Positions 18,961 through 30,974 are shown, numbered from the stretch's first letter. The stretch is 64,000 nucleotides of DNA from Thermoplasmata archaeon (GCA_035623855.1 DASPSQ010000009.1:26413-90412), one strand, 5' to 3'. A program made the numbers and translations. The notes: generated by a model not told the origin, from the letters alone.

Positions 18961-20211
18961 ATGCCTTCTGCCTGGCCCACGGCCGTCGACCTGATGACGG
19001 CACACCCCGTGACCCTTCCGGCCGATGCGCCGATCTCACGGGCCCTTGGCCTGATGCACACCCGGGGCTTCCACGAGATCCCGGTGCTGCGAAGATCCCG
19101 GCTCGTGGGACTGATCACGTTCGAGTCGATCGCCCGTCGATCCAGTCGGTCGCTCGCGACGAAGATCGAGCATCTCTTGATCCTGCCTCCGCTCATCACG
19201 ATGACCACTCCGCTCCCCGAGATCGCCGAGCAATTGCTCTCGACGGGCCTTCGGGCCGCCCCCGTGGTCGGCCGACGGGGCGAGCTCGTCGGCATCGTCA
19301 GCCGGACCGATCTCGTTCGGGCGCTGCCGAACCTTCCCCAGCTGGCGGGGCCGAATGCGCCGACGGTCGAAGCGGTCGCGGGCCCTGCGGCCGAGATCGT
19401 TCGCGAGGATGAGATGTGCCGCCGCCTCCTGAGCCGGATCCGCCTCCTCGAGGAACACCCCCTCCCGGTCGTGGACCGGAAGGGCCGGCTTGTTGGAGCC
19501 GTCGGGATCGCGGACCTCGGGGGAGTGCTCTGGCGACCGGTCGTCGGTGGAAAGCGCGACGCCCGGGCCGGCCGCTCCGCACTCGAGGTGAAGGTTGGAT
19601 CGATCATGCGTTCGCCCGCGCTGACCGTCAAGGTCGGAACCTCCGCAATGGACGCGGCGCGCGAGATGAGCCGGGAGAAAGTCTCCAGCGTGTTTGTCGT
19701 CGAGTCCGGCCGGCCCGTTCGCGTGCTCGGCCAGACCGACCTACTGGGGCTCGTCCTCGGGCGTACCCGGCGGCCCACGGCGAAGTCCCGTCTCGAGGAC
19801 GTGTACGTAGAGATCACCGGACTCCGTGGCTCGGGAGACCCGGCGCTTCTCGCGGAGATTGACAGCGTCGTCGCCCGGGGGCTGCGGCGCGTCGCCCGGT
19901 ACGTGCAGCCGACGCTCCTGACGCTCCACTTCGCCCCGCACGCGACGCATCGAACGAACGACCTCACGGTCGATGCACGGATTCACACCGATCACGGGAT
20001 CTTCTACGCGTCGCACACCGGCTGGAACCTCCTCGCGGGGGTCTCGGGGCTGCTCGAGGATCTCGCGGGGCAGACGCGCCGGATCCGCGAGGCGCGACGC
20101 GCGCCCCGCCCCCGCGCGAGACGGGGCGAGATGGAGGATGCCCCGTCGGTCGATCCGGACCTCGAGGAGCGGATCCGGGTCGCCACCGGAGGCGACGCGG
20201 AAGAGGAGTGA
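18961..20211 (+). CDS. Four-CBS-domain protein with a C-terminal HPF/RaiA-like domain (putative ribosome hibernation factor)
   Basis: Four CBS repeats, then VYVEITGLRG...EIDSVVARGLRRVARY...LTLHF...TVDARIHTDHGIFYASHTGWNLLAGVSGLLEDLAGQTRR. Start could be 18943. Confidence 0.75.
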   Translation: MPSAWPTAVDLMTAHPVTLPADAPISRALGLMHTRGFHEIPVLRRSRLVGLITFESIARRSSRSLATKIEHLLILPPLITMTTPLPEIAEQLLSTGLRAAPVVGRRGELVGIVSRTDLVRALPNLPQLAGPNAPTVEAVAGPAAEIVREDEMCRRLLSRIRLLEEHPLPVVDRKGRLVGAVGIADLGGVLWRPVVGGKRDARAGRSALEVKVGSIMRSPALTVKVGTSAMDAAREMSREKVSSVFVVESGRPVRVLGQTDLLGLVLGRTRRPTAKSRLEDVYVEITGLRGSGDPALLAEIDSVVARGLRRVARYVQPTLLTLHFAPHATHRTNDLTVDARIHTDHGIFYASHTGWNLLAGVSGLLEDLAGQTRRIREARRAPRPRARRGEMEDAPSVDPDLEERIRVATGGDAEEE

Positions 20212-20237
20212 GCGAGGAGCTCGACCGGAGGACGGAG

Positions 20238-20639
20238 ATGCTGCCCGGGAACCCACGGAACGCCCGCCAGATGGAACTGATGATGCGCCGCCTCGGGATG
20301 AAGACCGAGGAGGTCCCGGACGTCGAGGAGGTCATCGTCCGGACCCGGACGAACGAGCACGTCTTCCGCGCGCCGGAGGTGACGATCTTGACCGTTCAAG
20401 GAGTCCGAACCTACCAGGTCGTCGGCGCCCCCGAGATTCGCCCGAAGGGAGCGGCCCCACCGGCCGTGGCAACGGCCGCCGCCACGTCGGCTCCGTCGGG
20501 ACCCCCCGAGGAGGACGTCCGTCTCGTGATGGAGCAGGCGAACGTGTCGCGGGAGGAGGCCATCGAGGCGCTGTTCCAGGCGCGTGGGGCTCCCGCCGAG
20601 GCGATCCTCCTCATCCTTTCTCGCGGTCGCTCCGCATGA
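20238..20639 (+). CDS. nac: Archaeal nascent polypeptide-associated complex (aNAC)
   Basis: MMRRLGM..EEV.DVEEVIVR, YQVVG, C-terminal UBA-like EEDVRLVMEQANVSREEAIEAL; GGAGG before ATG 20238. Confidence 0.9.
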   Translation: MLPGNPRNARQMELMMRRLGMKTEEVPDVEEVIVRTRTNEHVFRAPEVTILTVQGVRTYQVVGAPEIRPKGAAPPAVATAAATSAPSGPPEEDVRLVMEQANVSREEAIEALFQARGAPAEAILLILSRGRSA

Positions 20640-21079
20640 TCGTCGCGGGCGAGATCGCCCAGGAGTGCGTCGAGGCGTACCTCTTTGCGTCGCCCCCGCT
20701 CGAGATCTTGATCTTCCGTCGTCCGCCCCCGCGGGGCGGGATCTGGGTCCCGGTCAGCGGCAAGGTGGAGCCTTCGGACGCGGATTTCGAGGCCGCCGTC
20801 CGACGGGAGCTCGTGGAGGAGACGGGGCTCTCGATGCCGCGACGGGTCCTCCCCATGGACTGGCACGTTCCGTTCCCGATGGAGAATGGAGAGACGTGGA
20901 GGCTCCACGCGTATGCCGTCGAGTGCGAGCGCCGCTTTGTCCCGGCCCTGAGCGGGGAGCACGACCGAGCCGAGTGGGTCTCGCCCGAGGAAGCCCGGCG
21001 CCGTCTTCACTATGAGGATAACCGTGCCGCCGTGGACCGGTTGGTCTCGCTCCTCGGATCGTCGACCCGAAACGATTAG
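20636..21079 (+). CDS. NUDIX hydrolase
   Basis: Nudix box GKVEPSDADFEAAVRRELVEETGL; ATGA overlap with nac. Confidence 0.85.
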   Translation: MIVAGEIAQECVEAYLFASPPLEILIFRRPPPRGGIWVPVSGKVEPSDADFEAAVRRELVEETGLSMPRRVLPMDWHVPFPMENGETWRLHAYAVECERRFVPALSGEHDRAEWVSPEEARRRLHYEDNRAAVDRLVSLLGSSTRND

Positions 21080-21106
21080 TCCCCAGGGGCTGCTCGGGGA
21101 ACCCTC

Positions 21107-22156
21107 ATGGCCCCTCCATCGACCGAACCCCCCCAGAGCGCCCCGACGCCGGGGGCCCCGGCGTTCGTCTTCCCGTCGATTGGCCCGCAGTTGATTGCGG
21201 CCCTTCGAGAGGCTCGGCCGCACCGGATCATTCTCCAGGTGCCCGCGGGACTCGTTCGGAACGCCCACGAGCTCTCGTCCCGGCTGCGCGAGGAAGTGGG
21301 GGTGCCCGTGGCGCTCTCCGCCCGGCCGTGCTTCGGCGCATGCGATTTTCCGTCCCGCGATGAGGCCCCTCGAGAGGACGTCGCGGTCGTGCTCGGTCAC
21401 GCCCCGATCCCGAATGTGCCGCTCGTTCGAACGACGTTCTTCGTGGAGATGCGCGAGGCCGGAGGGGATCCCGAAGCGATCGTCGCGACCATCGAGGCGG
21501 GAGAGGTGCCGAAGCGGCTGGGCCTCGTGGTCTCGGTCCAGCATCTCGACCTTCTCGAGCCACTCAAGGAGGCGCTCGTGCGCCGCGGGTACGACCCTCG
21601 CATCGGACGGGGCGACCATCGATTGGCGTACGCGGCCCAGGCCCTCGGATGCAACTACACGAGCGCGGAGGCGGTCGAAGCCGAAGTGGACGCGTTCCTC
21701 TTCGTCGGCACCGGCCGTTTCCACCCCCTCGGTCTCGCGCTCGCCGTGGCGCGGCCGGTCTGGTCGATCGACCCTCTTCAGAACCTCCTCGAGCCCGCGA
21801 TCGATCGGGCCTCCCTCGTGCGTCGACGCCAGCTCCTCGTCGCTTCGGTCCGGGATGCGCGCCGCTGGGGGATCCTCGCCTCGACCTTTGCCGGTCAGTC
21901 TCGGATGCCGATGGCCAGTACCCTCCAGGAAAGGGCACGCGCACGGGGCCGGGAGGCGGAGATCCTCGTCTTCGACCGGCTCGACTCCCGGGACCTCGAG
22001 GGCCGAGCCTTCGACGCCTACGTCAACACCGCGTGTCCCCGGATCGCGCTCGACGACAGCCCGAACTATCCGAAGCCGGTGCTCACACCGCCCGAGTTCC
22101 TCATGGCCGTCGGCGATCTGCCGCTCCAGCCCTACCGGTTCGACACCTACCATTGA
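21107..22156 (+). CDS. dph2: Diphthamide biosynthesis protein Dph2
   Basis: LQVPAGL, PCFGACD, QALGC, GTGRFH, NTACPRI (three Fe-S cysteines). Confidence 0.92.
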   Translation: MAPPSTEPPQSAPTPGAPAFVFPSIGPQLIAALREARPHRIILQVPAGLVRNAHELSSRLREEVGVPVALSARPCFGACDFPSRDEAPREDVAVVLGHAPIPNVPLVRTTFFVEMREAGGDPEAIVATIEAGEVPKRLGLVVSVQHLDLLEPLKEALVRRGYDPRIGRGDHRLAYAAQALGCNYTSAEAVEAEVDAFLFVGTGRFHPLGLALAVARPVWSIDPLQNLLEPAIDRASLVRRRQLLVASVRDARRWGILASTFAGQSRMPMASTLQERARARGREAEILVFDRLDSRDLEGRAFDAYVNTACPRIALDDSPNYPKPVLTPPEFLMAVGDLPLQPYRFDTYH

Positions 22157-22238
22157 ACCGGGCCGCCGGTCCCCCGTCCGGTCCCGGAGGTCCGGCGGAC
22201 CCAAATGACGAAGTGACCCTTCCGAGGTACCGTTCGGC

Positions 22239-22646
22239 ATGCGTGCCGGGGGGTACGTCGCACTCGCAGCGATCGTTGCTGGAGCTGCGCTCATCGTGGA
22301 TGCGGTGGCCGAAGGCCGCGCCCTCGTCTCGCTGGTCGTGTTCATCCCGGTCGTCTCGGGGAGTTCGGCGGAGTTCCTTCTCGGGGTCGTACTTCTGGCG
22401 GGCGGGCTCGTTTCGCTTCCCTGGAGCCTTGCAGGGCCCCCGACGTCGGTCGTTCCACCACCGCCGGAGAGGATCGCGACGGATGCAGGGGCGGCGAGCG
22501 GGGGTGTCGTCCTCATTGGTCCCGTCCCGATTCTCTTCGGGAGTTGGCGGAACCTCTCCGCGCGCGCTCGCTGGATCCTCGCTCTGGTCGGTGCGGGTCT
22601 CCTCGTGCTCTTCGTACTCGGCTGGCTGTGGCTCGTCGTGCGCTAA
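22239..22646 (+). CDS. DUF131 family membrane protein
   Basis: Hydrophobic protein with GGVVLIGPVPILFGS. Confidence 0.8.
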   Translation: MRAGGYVALAAIVAGAALIVDAVAEGRALVSLVVFIPVVSGSSAEFLLGVVLLAGGLVSLPWSLAGPPTSVVPPPPERIATDAGAASGGVVLIGPVPILFGSWRNLSARARWILALVGAGLLVLFVLGWLWLVVR

Positions 22647-23236
22647 CGGGACCGAGAGTGTGCTTCGAGAAATTTCCGATGGAGTCGGGGGTCCGTTCCG
22701 AGCTCCGGATGGAAGGTCAGCCCCCAGATCGCCCCTTGCGCCACTCCCACGACCTCGTCGCCCCGCCAGGCGATCGGGCGCGCTCCGGGTCCCACTCCAA
22801 GAATCCTGGGCGCCCGGATGAAGACTCCGGGAAACGGTCCGCCTTTGAGCCCCTGAACGGTCACCGGGCCCTCGAACGACTCCCGTTGGGCCCCGTAGTC
22901 GTTCCGCCGGAGCTTGACGTCGACGACGCCGAACGTCGGAGGGTCCCGCCCGGTCCCGCTCGGTACGACTTCTCGAGCGAGAAGAATCAACCCGGCGCAG
23001 GTCGCGAGTACGGGGAAGCCGGCATGCAACTGTTCGGCGAGCGGGCGCCAGAGCCCGGCCTCCTCGAGGAGGCGGGCGATCGTCGTGGATTCCCCACCGG
23101 GAAGAAAAAGCGAGTCGACTTTTCGAAGATCGTCCGCCGTTCGTACGGGAACGAGCCGGGTGTTGGGTACAACTTTGGCGAGCGCCTGTAAGTGCTCCGG
23201 AACGTCTCCCTGGAGCGCGAGGACACCGACCTTCAT
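22643..23236 (-). CDS. pdxT: Pyridoxal 5'-phosphate synthase glutaminase subunit
   Basis: GVLALQGD, PGGESTT, TCAGLILL, FIRAP, FHPEL. Confidence 0.95.
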   Translation of the reverse strand: MKVGVLALQGDVPEHLQALAKVVPNTRLVPVRTADDLRKVDSLFLPGGESTTIARLLEEAGLWRPLAEQLHAGFPVLATCAGLILLAREVVPSGTGRDPPTFGVVDVKLRRNDYGAQRESFEGPVTVQGLKGGPFPGVFIRAPRILGVGPGARPIAWRGDEVVGVAQGAIWGLTFHPELGTDPRLHRKFLEAHSRSR

Positions 23237-24537
23237 CCGCTACCGCGCCGGATCTCCTCGAGGATGGCCTTCGCCCGGTCGAGCCGGATCTGGCGCTCGC
23301 TCACGAGGCGTTCGGCCACCCGGTCGATCTCGTCCGGGCGAGCTCCCGCGCTCGCCGCAAAGTTGCGAGCGTGCAGCTCCATGTGGCCCCGCTGGATCCC
23401 TTCGGTCGCGAGCGCCCGAAGCGCCGCGAAGTTCTGCGCGAGCCCCACGGCGGCGAGGACCTCCCCCAGCTCGCGCGCACTCTTGACCCCCAAGACCTTC
23501 ACGTTCGTCTTGGCCGTCGGGTGAACGGCCGTCGCTCCCCCGATCAGGCCGACCGCGACGGGGAGCTCGATAGAACCGACGAGGTTCCCATCCCGGTCCT
23601 TCTCGTAGGTCGTGAGGGGACGCACCACGCGGCCCGTTCCCGCTGCCAGCCACGCAGCGTACGTGTGGGCGCCGCTCTCAATCGCGCGGAAGTCGTTGCC
23701 CGTCGCGAGGACCACGCTCGAGACGCCGTTCATGATCCCCTTGTTGTGCGTCGCGCAGCGGAACGGGTCGGCGACCGCGAGCGCATAGGCGTCCAGGATC
23801 GCATCGACGACTTCGGGCCCGGACGCGTTCTCGGTCCGCAGGAGGTCCGCGCGGAACGTCGCGCGGGCCCGGGCGAGTCGATGGACCGCGAGGTTCGAGA
23901 TGATGCGCAGCACGACCTTTCCCCCGGTGAGCCGGGCGATCTCGGGGGCAAGCGCCTCGCACATCGTATTGACCGCGTTCATCCCTCCGGCGTCCCGAGC
24001 GTCCACGAGCAGGTGGACGACGAGCATCGTCCCGCGGGGAGATTCGACGATCCGCACCTCGAGGTCTCGCGCGCCGCCCCCGAACTTGACGAGCATCGGG
24101 TCCTTGTCGTTCGCGGACACGAGGAGCTCGGATCTTCGGTCCAGGATGCGCAGGCGGGCGGCGGCGGGGTCGGAGACGTTGAGCACCTGCACCTGGCCGA
24201 TCATCACGGGTTCCGTGGTCTGAGCCCAGAACCCGTCGGACGCCCGGGCGACCTTGGCCGCGTTCGATGCGGCCGCAACGACGCTCGGCTCCTCGATCGC
24301 CATCGGGATGAGATACTCCTTGCCGTTGATTCGGAAGTTCGTCGCAATTCCGAGCGGGATCGCCATCGTCCCGACCACGTTCTCGATCATCCGCTCGACG
24401 GTTCCCGGCTCGACTCCGGGAGGGAAGTCGTACGCACGGAGCTCCTCGTCGGTCAGTCCGGCCCACTCCTTGAGGAACGCTCGGCGATCCGCCAGGCTCC
24501 GGCGGTAGAATCCCGGCACTTCCGAGGACCGCGTCAT
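23233..24537 (-). CDS. mvaA: Class II HMG-CoA reductase
   Basis: IENVVG, PMAIEEPSVVAAAS, DAGGMNAVNT, ATHNKGIMNG, GNDFRAIE, EGIQRGHMELHA; start ATG 24537. Confidence 0.9.
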   Translation of the reverse strand: MTRSSEVPGFYRRSLADRRAFLKEWAGLTDEELRAYDFPPGVEPGTVERMIENVVGTMAIPLGIATNFRINGKEYLIPMAIEEPSVVAAASNAAKVARASDGFWAQTTEPVMIGQVQVLNVSDPAAARLRILDRRSELLVSANDKDPMLVKFGGGARDLEVRIVESPRGTMLVVHLLVDARDAGGMNAVNTMCEALAPEIARLTGGKVVLRIISNLAVHRLARARATFRADLLRTENASGPEVVDAILDAYALAVADPFRCATHNKGIMNGVSSVVLATGNDFRAIESGAHTYAAWLAAGTGRVVRPLTTYEKDRDGNLVGSIELPVAVGLIGGATAVHPTAKTNVKVLGVKSARELGEVLAAVGLAQNFAALRALATEGIQRGHMELHARNFAASAGARPDEIDRVAERLVSERQIRLDRAKAILEEIRRGSG

Positions 24538-24541
24538 CGAG

Positions 24542-25120
24542 CTAGGACTCCTCGGAGCTCCGCTCGGGAGCGACCGATGGGCTGGCCGTCGACGGACCGG
24601 ATCGATCTCGCGCGACCACCACCTTCGCGGGCCGTAGAAGGCCCCCATAGAATCGATATCCTTGTTGGACGACCTCGGCGATCGTCCCGGCCGGGTGGTC
24701 GGACGACGCCGCCGTCTCGCCCACCGCTTCGGCATCTTCGGCGCGGAATGGCTGACCGACCGCGGCGACGGGTTCCACCCCTTCGTGTTTCAGGAACGTC
24801 ATCCACTCGCGGTCCAGGATTTCGAGGCCTTTGCGGACCGGGTCGGAGGGAGGAAGGTGATCGAGCGCCTCCTCGGCGGTCTGGAACCCTTCGAGGATCG
24901 GCAGCAACTCCCGCAGCATGCCGGCGCGGACCTGGCGGGTCATCGTCTGTCGTTCCCGTTCCGTCCGGCGCCGGTAGTTCTCGAAGTCGGCGAAGAGGTA
25001 CTTGAACCGGGTGGCCCAGTCCTCGGCCGTGGCAGTCACCGGGGCGGCCGGGGTCGGCTCCTCCTGATTTGTGGAAGGTTCATCGGCCTTCCCGGAAGGC
25101 TCGGGTTCTCCGTCGGTCAT
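24542..25120 (-). CDS. grpE: Nucleotide exchange factor GrpE
   Basis: ADFENYRRR, LLPILE, GQPF, QQGYRFYGGLLRPAKVVV. Confidence 0.9.
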   Translation of the reverse strand: MTDGEPEPSGKADEPSTNQEEPTPAAPVTATAEDWATRFKYLFADFENYRRRTERERQTMTRQVRAGMLRELLPILEGFQTAEEALDHLPPSDPVRKGLEILDREWMTFLKHEGVEPVAAVGQPFRAEDAEAVGETAASSDHPAGTIAEVVQQGYRFYGGLLRPAKVVVARDRSGPSTASPSVAPERSSEES

Positions 25121-25315
25121 TGGGTTGTGTTCGCGGAGTGCGGCGCCCGGTATTTGTGGTTGCCGCACGGGGCGTTTTTCTGGACAGATCGTCGGCCGAA
25201 GGGGGTCAACGCGGGGAGGTCCCGCGGGGTCGTTTGGACCTCCGAACACTGCTCGATTTTCCAGCCCAAGCCAAGCGTTATAATGCGTCCCCCGCTCGCT
25301 ATTCTACGCCGATAG

Positions 25316-27247
<1,932 letters not shown>

Positions 27248-27314
27248 TTCGACCCCAACCGCGGTCCGCGGGGGCCCACGCGAGGCTTTTACGCCGGACC
27301 GGCTGGTCCGCCCG

Positions 27315-28625
27315 ATGCCTCCCCGGTCCGGTCCGATCGTGGTCTCGGACGCACTCCTGGTGACCCAGGACGCGGGTCGACGCGTCCTACGAGGGGACCT
27401 TCGAATCGAGGAGGGTCGGTTTACCCATGTGGGCCCCCGGGCGCCCCGGGAAGGCGCCGAGGTCCTCGAGGGTCGCCCGTTCGCCGCGGTCCCCGGATTC
27501 ATCAACGCGCACACCCACGTCGCCATGGCTCCCCTGCGGGGGATTGCGGACGATCGGGAGCTCTCGGGCTTTTTGGAGACGCTCTTCGCGGTCGACGCGC
27601 GTCGGAGCGAGCGGGATGTGGAGGCCGGAGCACGCGCTGGGATCGCCGAGATGCTGCTCTCGGGTACGACGTCGTTCCTCGACCTCTACTACTTCGAGGA
27701 CTCCATCGCGAGGGCGGTGGAGTCCCTCGGGATCCGGGGGTTCCTCGGGTGGGCCGTCCTCGACCCGGAGCTGACCACTCAGAAGGGCCGGCCCATCGAC
27801 AATGCCCGGGGGTTCATCGAACGTTGGAAGGGGAACGCGCGCATCTCGCCGCTGGTCGCGCCGCAAGGAGTGTACGTCTGCAATTCGGAGACGTGGATCG
27901 CCGCGAAGGAGCTTGCCCAGTCGACCGGTACTCTCTGCCACTTCCACCTGTCCGAGACCCGGCGGGAGGTCCACGAGCACCAGGCGAAGACGGGCGATCG
28001 CCCGGTCGTCTGGCTCGACAAGATCGGATTCTTCGGCTCGAGGTCGGTGGCGGCCCACGCGGTCTGGCTGACCGGGCAGGAGATCGACCTTCTCGCCCGC
28101 CATCATGTCGGCATCGCGCACTGTCCGAGCTCCAACCTGAAGCTGGCCTCGGGGGGTGTCGCCCCGGTCGTCGAGCTCCGCAGCGCGGGGGCGGTGGTCG
28201 GGCTCGGCACCGACTCGGTCGCGAGCAATAATTCGCTGTCGATGCTGAGGGAGATGCACATTGCGGGCCTCGTCCAGAAGAATCAGCGGTGGGACGCCTC
28301 GGTCCTTTCCGCGCAGGAGCTCCTGGACCTCGCGACGGTGGGCGGGGCCCAGATCCTCGGCCGGAGCGACCTCGGTACGCTCGAGGTCGGTCAGCGTGCG
28401 GACTTCTCCCTCGTTCGCCTGGACCACCCGACGCTGGTGCCCGCACGGCCCGAGGCGATCGTCTCGCATCTCGCCTATTCCGCCTCGGAGGAGGCGATCG
28501 ACTCGGTCTTTGTCGATGGCGTGCCGGTGGTGCGCGAGCGCGCGCTGGTCCGTGCCGACTGGAGTGCGATTCGTTCGGAGGCGGAAGCCGCGGCCGATGC
28601 TCTCTGGTCGGCGCGACCCTCGTGA
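27315..28625 (+). CDS. Amidohydrolase (MTA/SAH deaminase-like)
   Basis: PGFINAHTH, HFHLSET, AHAVW, HCPSSNLKLASG, GTDSVASNN. Confidence 0.85.
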   Translation: MPPRSGPIVVSDALLVTQDAGRRVLRGDLRIEEGRFTHVGPRAPREGAEVLEGRPFAAVPGFINAHTHVAMAPLRGIADDRELSGFLETLFAVDARRSERDVEAGARAGIAEMLLSGTTSFLDLYYFEDSIARAVESLGIRGFLGWAVLDPELTTQKGRPIDNARGFIERWKGNARISPLVAPQGVYVCNSETWIAAKELAQSTGTLCHFHLSETRREVHEHQAKTGDRPVVWLDKIGFFGSRSVAAHAVWLTGQEIDLLARHHVGIAHCPSSNLKLASGGVAPVVELRSAGAVVGLGTDSVASNNSLSMLREMHIAGLVQKNQRWDASVLSAQELLDLATVGGAQILGRSDLGTLEVGQRADFSLVRLDHPTLVPARPEAIVSHLAYSASEEAIDSVFVDGVPVVRERALVRADWSAIRSEAEAAADALWSARPS

Positions 28626-28629
28626 GGGA

Positions 28630-29337
28630 CTAGGACCGTCCGGTCTCGTTCCACTCTTCGACGAGCGCCTGCGCGAGCCGTTCGGCGAGGACCTCCGAGG
28701 GTTCGCGGAGACCCAGTTCCTCAAGGGATGTCAGCCGATCGAGCCCGGGCCGAACCGGGAGCCCAAAGAGACGCTCGAGGGTGCGCCGGTCCAGCGTCCG
28801 GGCAATCGCACCGTGGTGAAGCAACGCGCGAGCCGTGAGGTGCTGCGCGGCACCGCCGAGGATCTTGCCCCGGGCCTCAAGGACCGAACCCCGGGATCCG
28901 AGTAGACAGTAGTCGGTCGGTAACCCCGGGGGGTCCACCCAATGAGCGGAAATGCCCTCGGACCTCAGATAACGGGCCACCCCCCCTCCAAAACGGTCGT
29001 ACCGTCGGACGTAGTCGTTCCCGAATCGGGGATCGGTGCGGGGAATGACAAGCGTCCACGCGAGATCCCCCGGCGCATGAAGCACGGCCGTTCCACCCGA
29101 AGCCCGCCGGACGATGGTACACCCCTCGGTCCGCGCACGGTCCAGGTACTCGGCCGACATGGGGACCGCGGCCCCGACGGAGAGCGCGCGATCGCCCAGC
29201 GTGGCCACGCGGATCGCGGGGAACCCCTCCCGGAGAAGATCCTCATCCGCCTGCACGTCGTTGGCGCAGCCGATCCCCAGTTCGAGCGTGAGGAACGCTC
29301 CCTCGGGGATGGCCGGGAGCGATTCAGGAGCCGACAT
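28630..29337 (-). CDS. Lipoate-protein ligase family protein (BPL/LplA catalytic domain)
   Basis: VRRASGGTAVLH, GKILGGAAQ, LLHHGAI. Confidence 0.8.
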   Translation of the reverse strand: MSAPESLPAIPEGAFLTLELGIGCANDVQADEDLLREGFPAIRVATLGDRALSVGAAVPMSAEYLDRARTEGCTIVRRASGGTAVLHAPGDLAWTLVIPRTDPRFGNDYVRRYDRFGGGVARYLRSEGISAHWVDPPGLPTDYCLLGSRGSVLEARGKILGGAAQHLTARALLHHGAIARTLDRRTLERLFGLPVRPGLDRLTSLEELGLREPSEVLAERLAQALVEEWNETGRS

Positions 29338-29411
29338 CGTCGAAGGAATCCGTTGGGGAGTTCATGGGGACCCCCTCGATACGTTATCAAGGTCGCCCGG
29401 GTAGTCACGCC

Positions 29412-29963
29412 ATGGCCGAATTGGAAACGTTTCGTCTGCACCCCGGCGATCCCGCCCCTCCGTTCTCGCTCCCCGGGGTCGACGGAAAAACCTACCGCCT
29501 CGCGGACTACTCGAAGGACCCATTCGTCCTCGTCGTATTCTGGTGCAATCACTGCCCGTACGTCCAAGCGTGGGAGGGCCGGATGATTGACATCGGCCGG
29601 CGGTACCAGCCGCGCGGGGTCCGAGTCGCCCTCATCAATTCGAACGACGCTCGCGCCTACCCGGAGGACAACTTCCAGTCGATGGCACGTCGGGCTCAGG
29701 AGCGGCGGTACCCATTCCCCTACCTTCAGGACGAGTCCCAGGAGGTCGCCCGGGCCTACGGTGCGCTGGTCACTCCCCACCCGATGCTGTTCGATTCGAA
29801 GCGGCGTCTGTTGTTCCAGGGACGCATCGACGACGATCACCAGCACCCCGAGCGGGTGACCGAGCGGTACTTGGAGCATGCGCTCGACCAGGCCCTGGCG
29901 GGTGCACCGGTCCAGCCGTCGGAGCTACCGGTTCTCGGGTGCACGGTCAAGTGGCGCACGTGA
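29412..29963 (+). CDS. Thioredoxin-like AhpC/TSA family protein
   Basis: APPFSLPGVDG, WCNHCPYV, INSND, YPFPYLQD, GCTVKW. Confidence 0.85.
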   Translation: MAELETFRLHPGDPAPPFSLPGVDGKTYRLADYSKDPFVLVVFWCNHCPYVQAWEGRMIDIGRRYQPRGVRVALINSNDARAYPEDNFQSMARRAQERRYPFPYLQDESQEVARAYGALVTPHPMLFDSKRRLLFQGRIDDDHQHPERVTERYLEHALDQALAGAPVQPSELPVLGCTVKWRT

Positions 29964-30974
29964 ACCCCCTCGCCGGGTCCGGGCACGCGGCCGCGGGGTT
30001 CGGCGCGCCCGCAACGCCTCGCGGCGAAGAGTGAACGAGCGCTCGAGAGAGGGATTCACTGGGGCCCCGGAGCGGTCGAGACGCGCCGCGATCGCCACTT
30101 TGCCGGCCAGCGCCCGGGCGAGTTTGCCGCGCTCGAATCGGCTGGCAGATTGGATGGCAGGGTGGAGGAACAGGAGGCCGTGGCGCGGTGGGGGGCCGTG
30201 CCCTCGGAGGTGCTCAAAGAATGCCCTCTCCGCCCCGAGGACCTGGATCGTGCTCGCGGGCAACCGGGCGAGTCGCTCGAGTCCGCCGGCCTGAGCGAGC
30301 AAGCGCGCCGTCAGCTCCGGTCCGAGCAGACTGACCAGGTTGGGCGTTCCGGAGGGCACGGAGATGCTTACCGCCTTCTCGAGAGCGGAATGGGTCGTCT
30401 CGATCGATCCATAGAGCTCGGCAAGCTTCTTTCGGGCCTCCCGGAGCGATGGGTCGGTCGGACCGAGTCGTCGGGCCTCTGAGGTCTGGAGGGCGGCTTC
30501 GACCACCCGATGGTGGTCCCCTGGGTCGATCTCGGGGAGGTCCCGCGCGACCCAGCTCCCGAGTCGCTCCCCAAGGAGGTTCCGGATCCGATCGAGGTCC
30601 GCCATCGCACGGACGGCTTCCTGGAGGTGAATCGACGGATCCCATGCGGACTGAAGCGACCGGTCGGCGTCGAGCAGGAGCGCCGCACGCAAGGGAGCTC
30701 CCTCGCTCCCTCCGCAGAGCTCATCGCTCGGGCCGGGGGCCCGAGGATCCCATCGCAAACCGTGCACCGCCAGCCTCCGATCCCGAGTGGACCACTCCTC
30801 TCCTCCGCGTTCGTTCAACAACGTCTCTTCCTCGGGGGTCAGTCGACCTTCCCGACGGGCCTGAGCGCGAGCTGCGAGCGCGTCCGGGTCGAGCGGGGCT
30901 CGGACCGACCGAACGACCGAGCGGTCCTCCACGAGGAACGTCCCGTACCACACGGTCACCACGGATCGATCCAT
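29925..30974 (-). CDS. Nop5/Nop56-58 box C/D sRNP protein
   Basis: PNLVSLLGPELTARLLAQAGGLERLARLPASTIQVLGAERAFF, PPRHG, GKLARALAGKVAIAARLD. Confidence 0.85.
   Translation of the reverse strand: MDRSVVTVWYGTFLVEDRSVVRSVRAPLDPDALAARAQARREGRLTPEEETLLNERGGEEWSTRDRRLAVHGLRWDPRAPGPSDELCGGSEGAPLRAALLLDADRSLQSAWDPSIHLQEAVRAMADLDRIRNLLGERLGSWVARDLPEIDPGDHHRVVEAALQTSEARRLGPTDPSLREARKKLAELYGSIETTHSALEKAVSISVPSGTPNLVSLLGPELTARLLAQAGGLERLARLPASTIQVLGAERAFFEHLRGHGPPPRHGLLFLHPAIQSASRFERGKLARALAGKVAIAARLDRSGAPVNPSLERSFTLRREALRARRTPRPRARTRRGGSRAPLDRAPENR

Noticed and set aside
20411..22516. 701-aa minus-strand ORF and similar long ORFs (23371-25005, 59537-61486, 52002-53345)
   Set aside because: Shadow ORFs antisense to or out of frame with well-supported genes, as expected at high GC, with no domain motifs.
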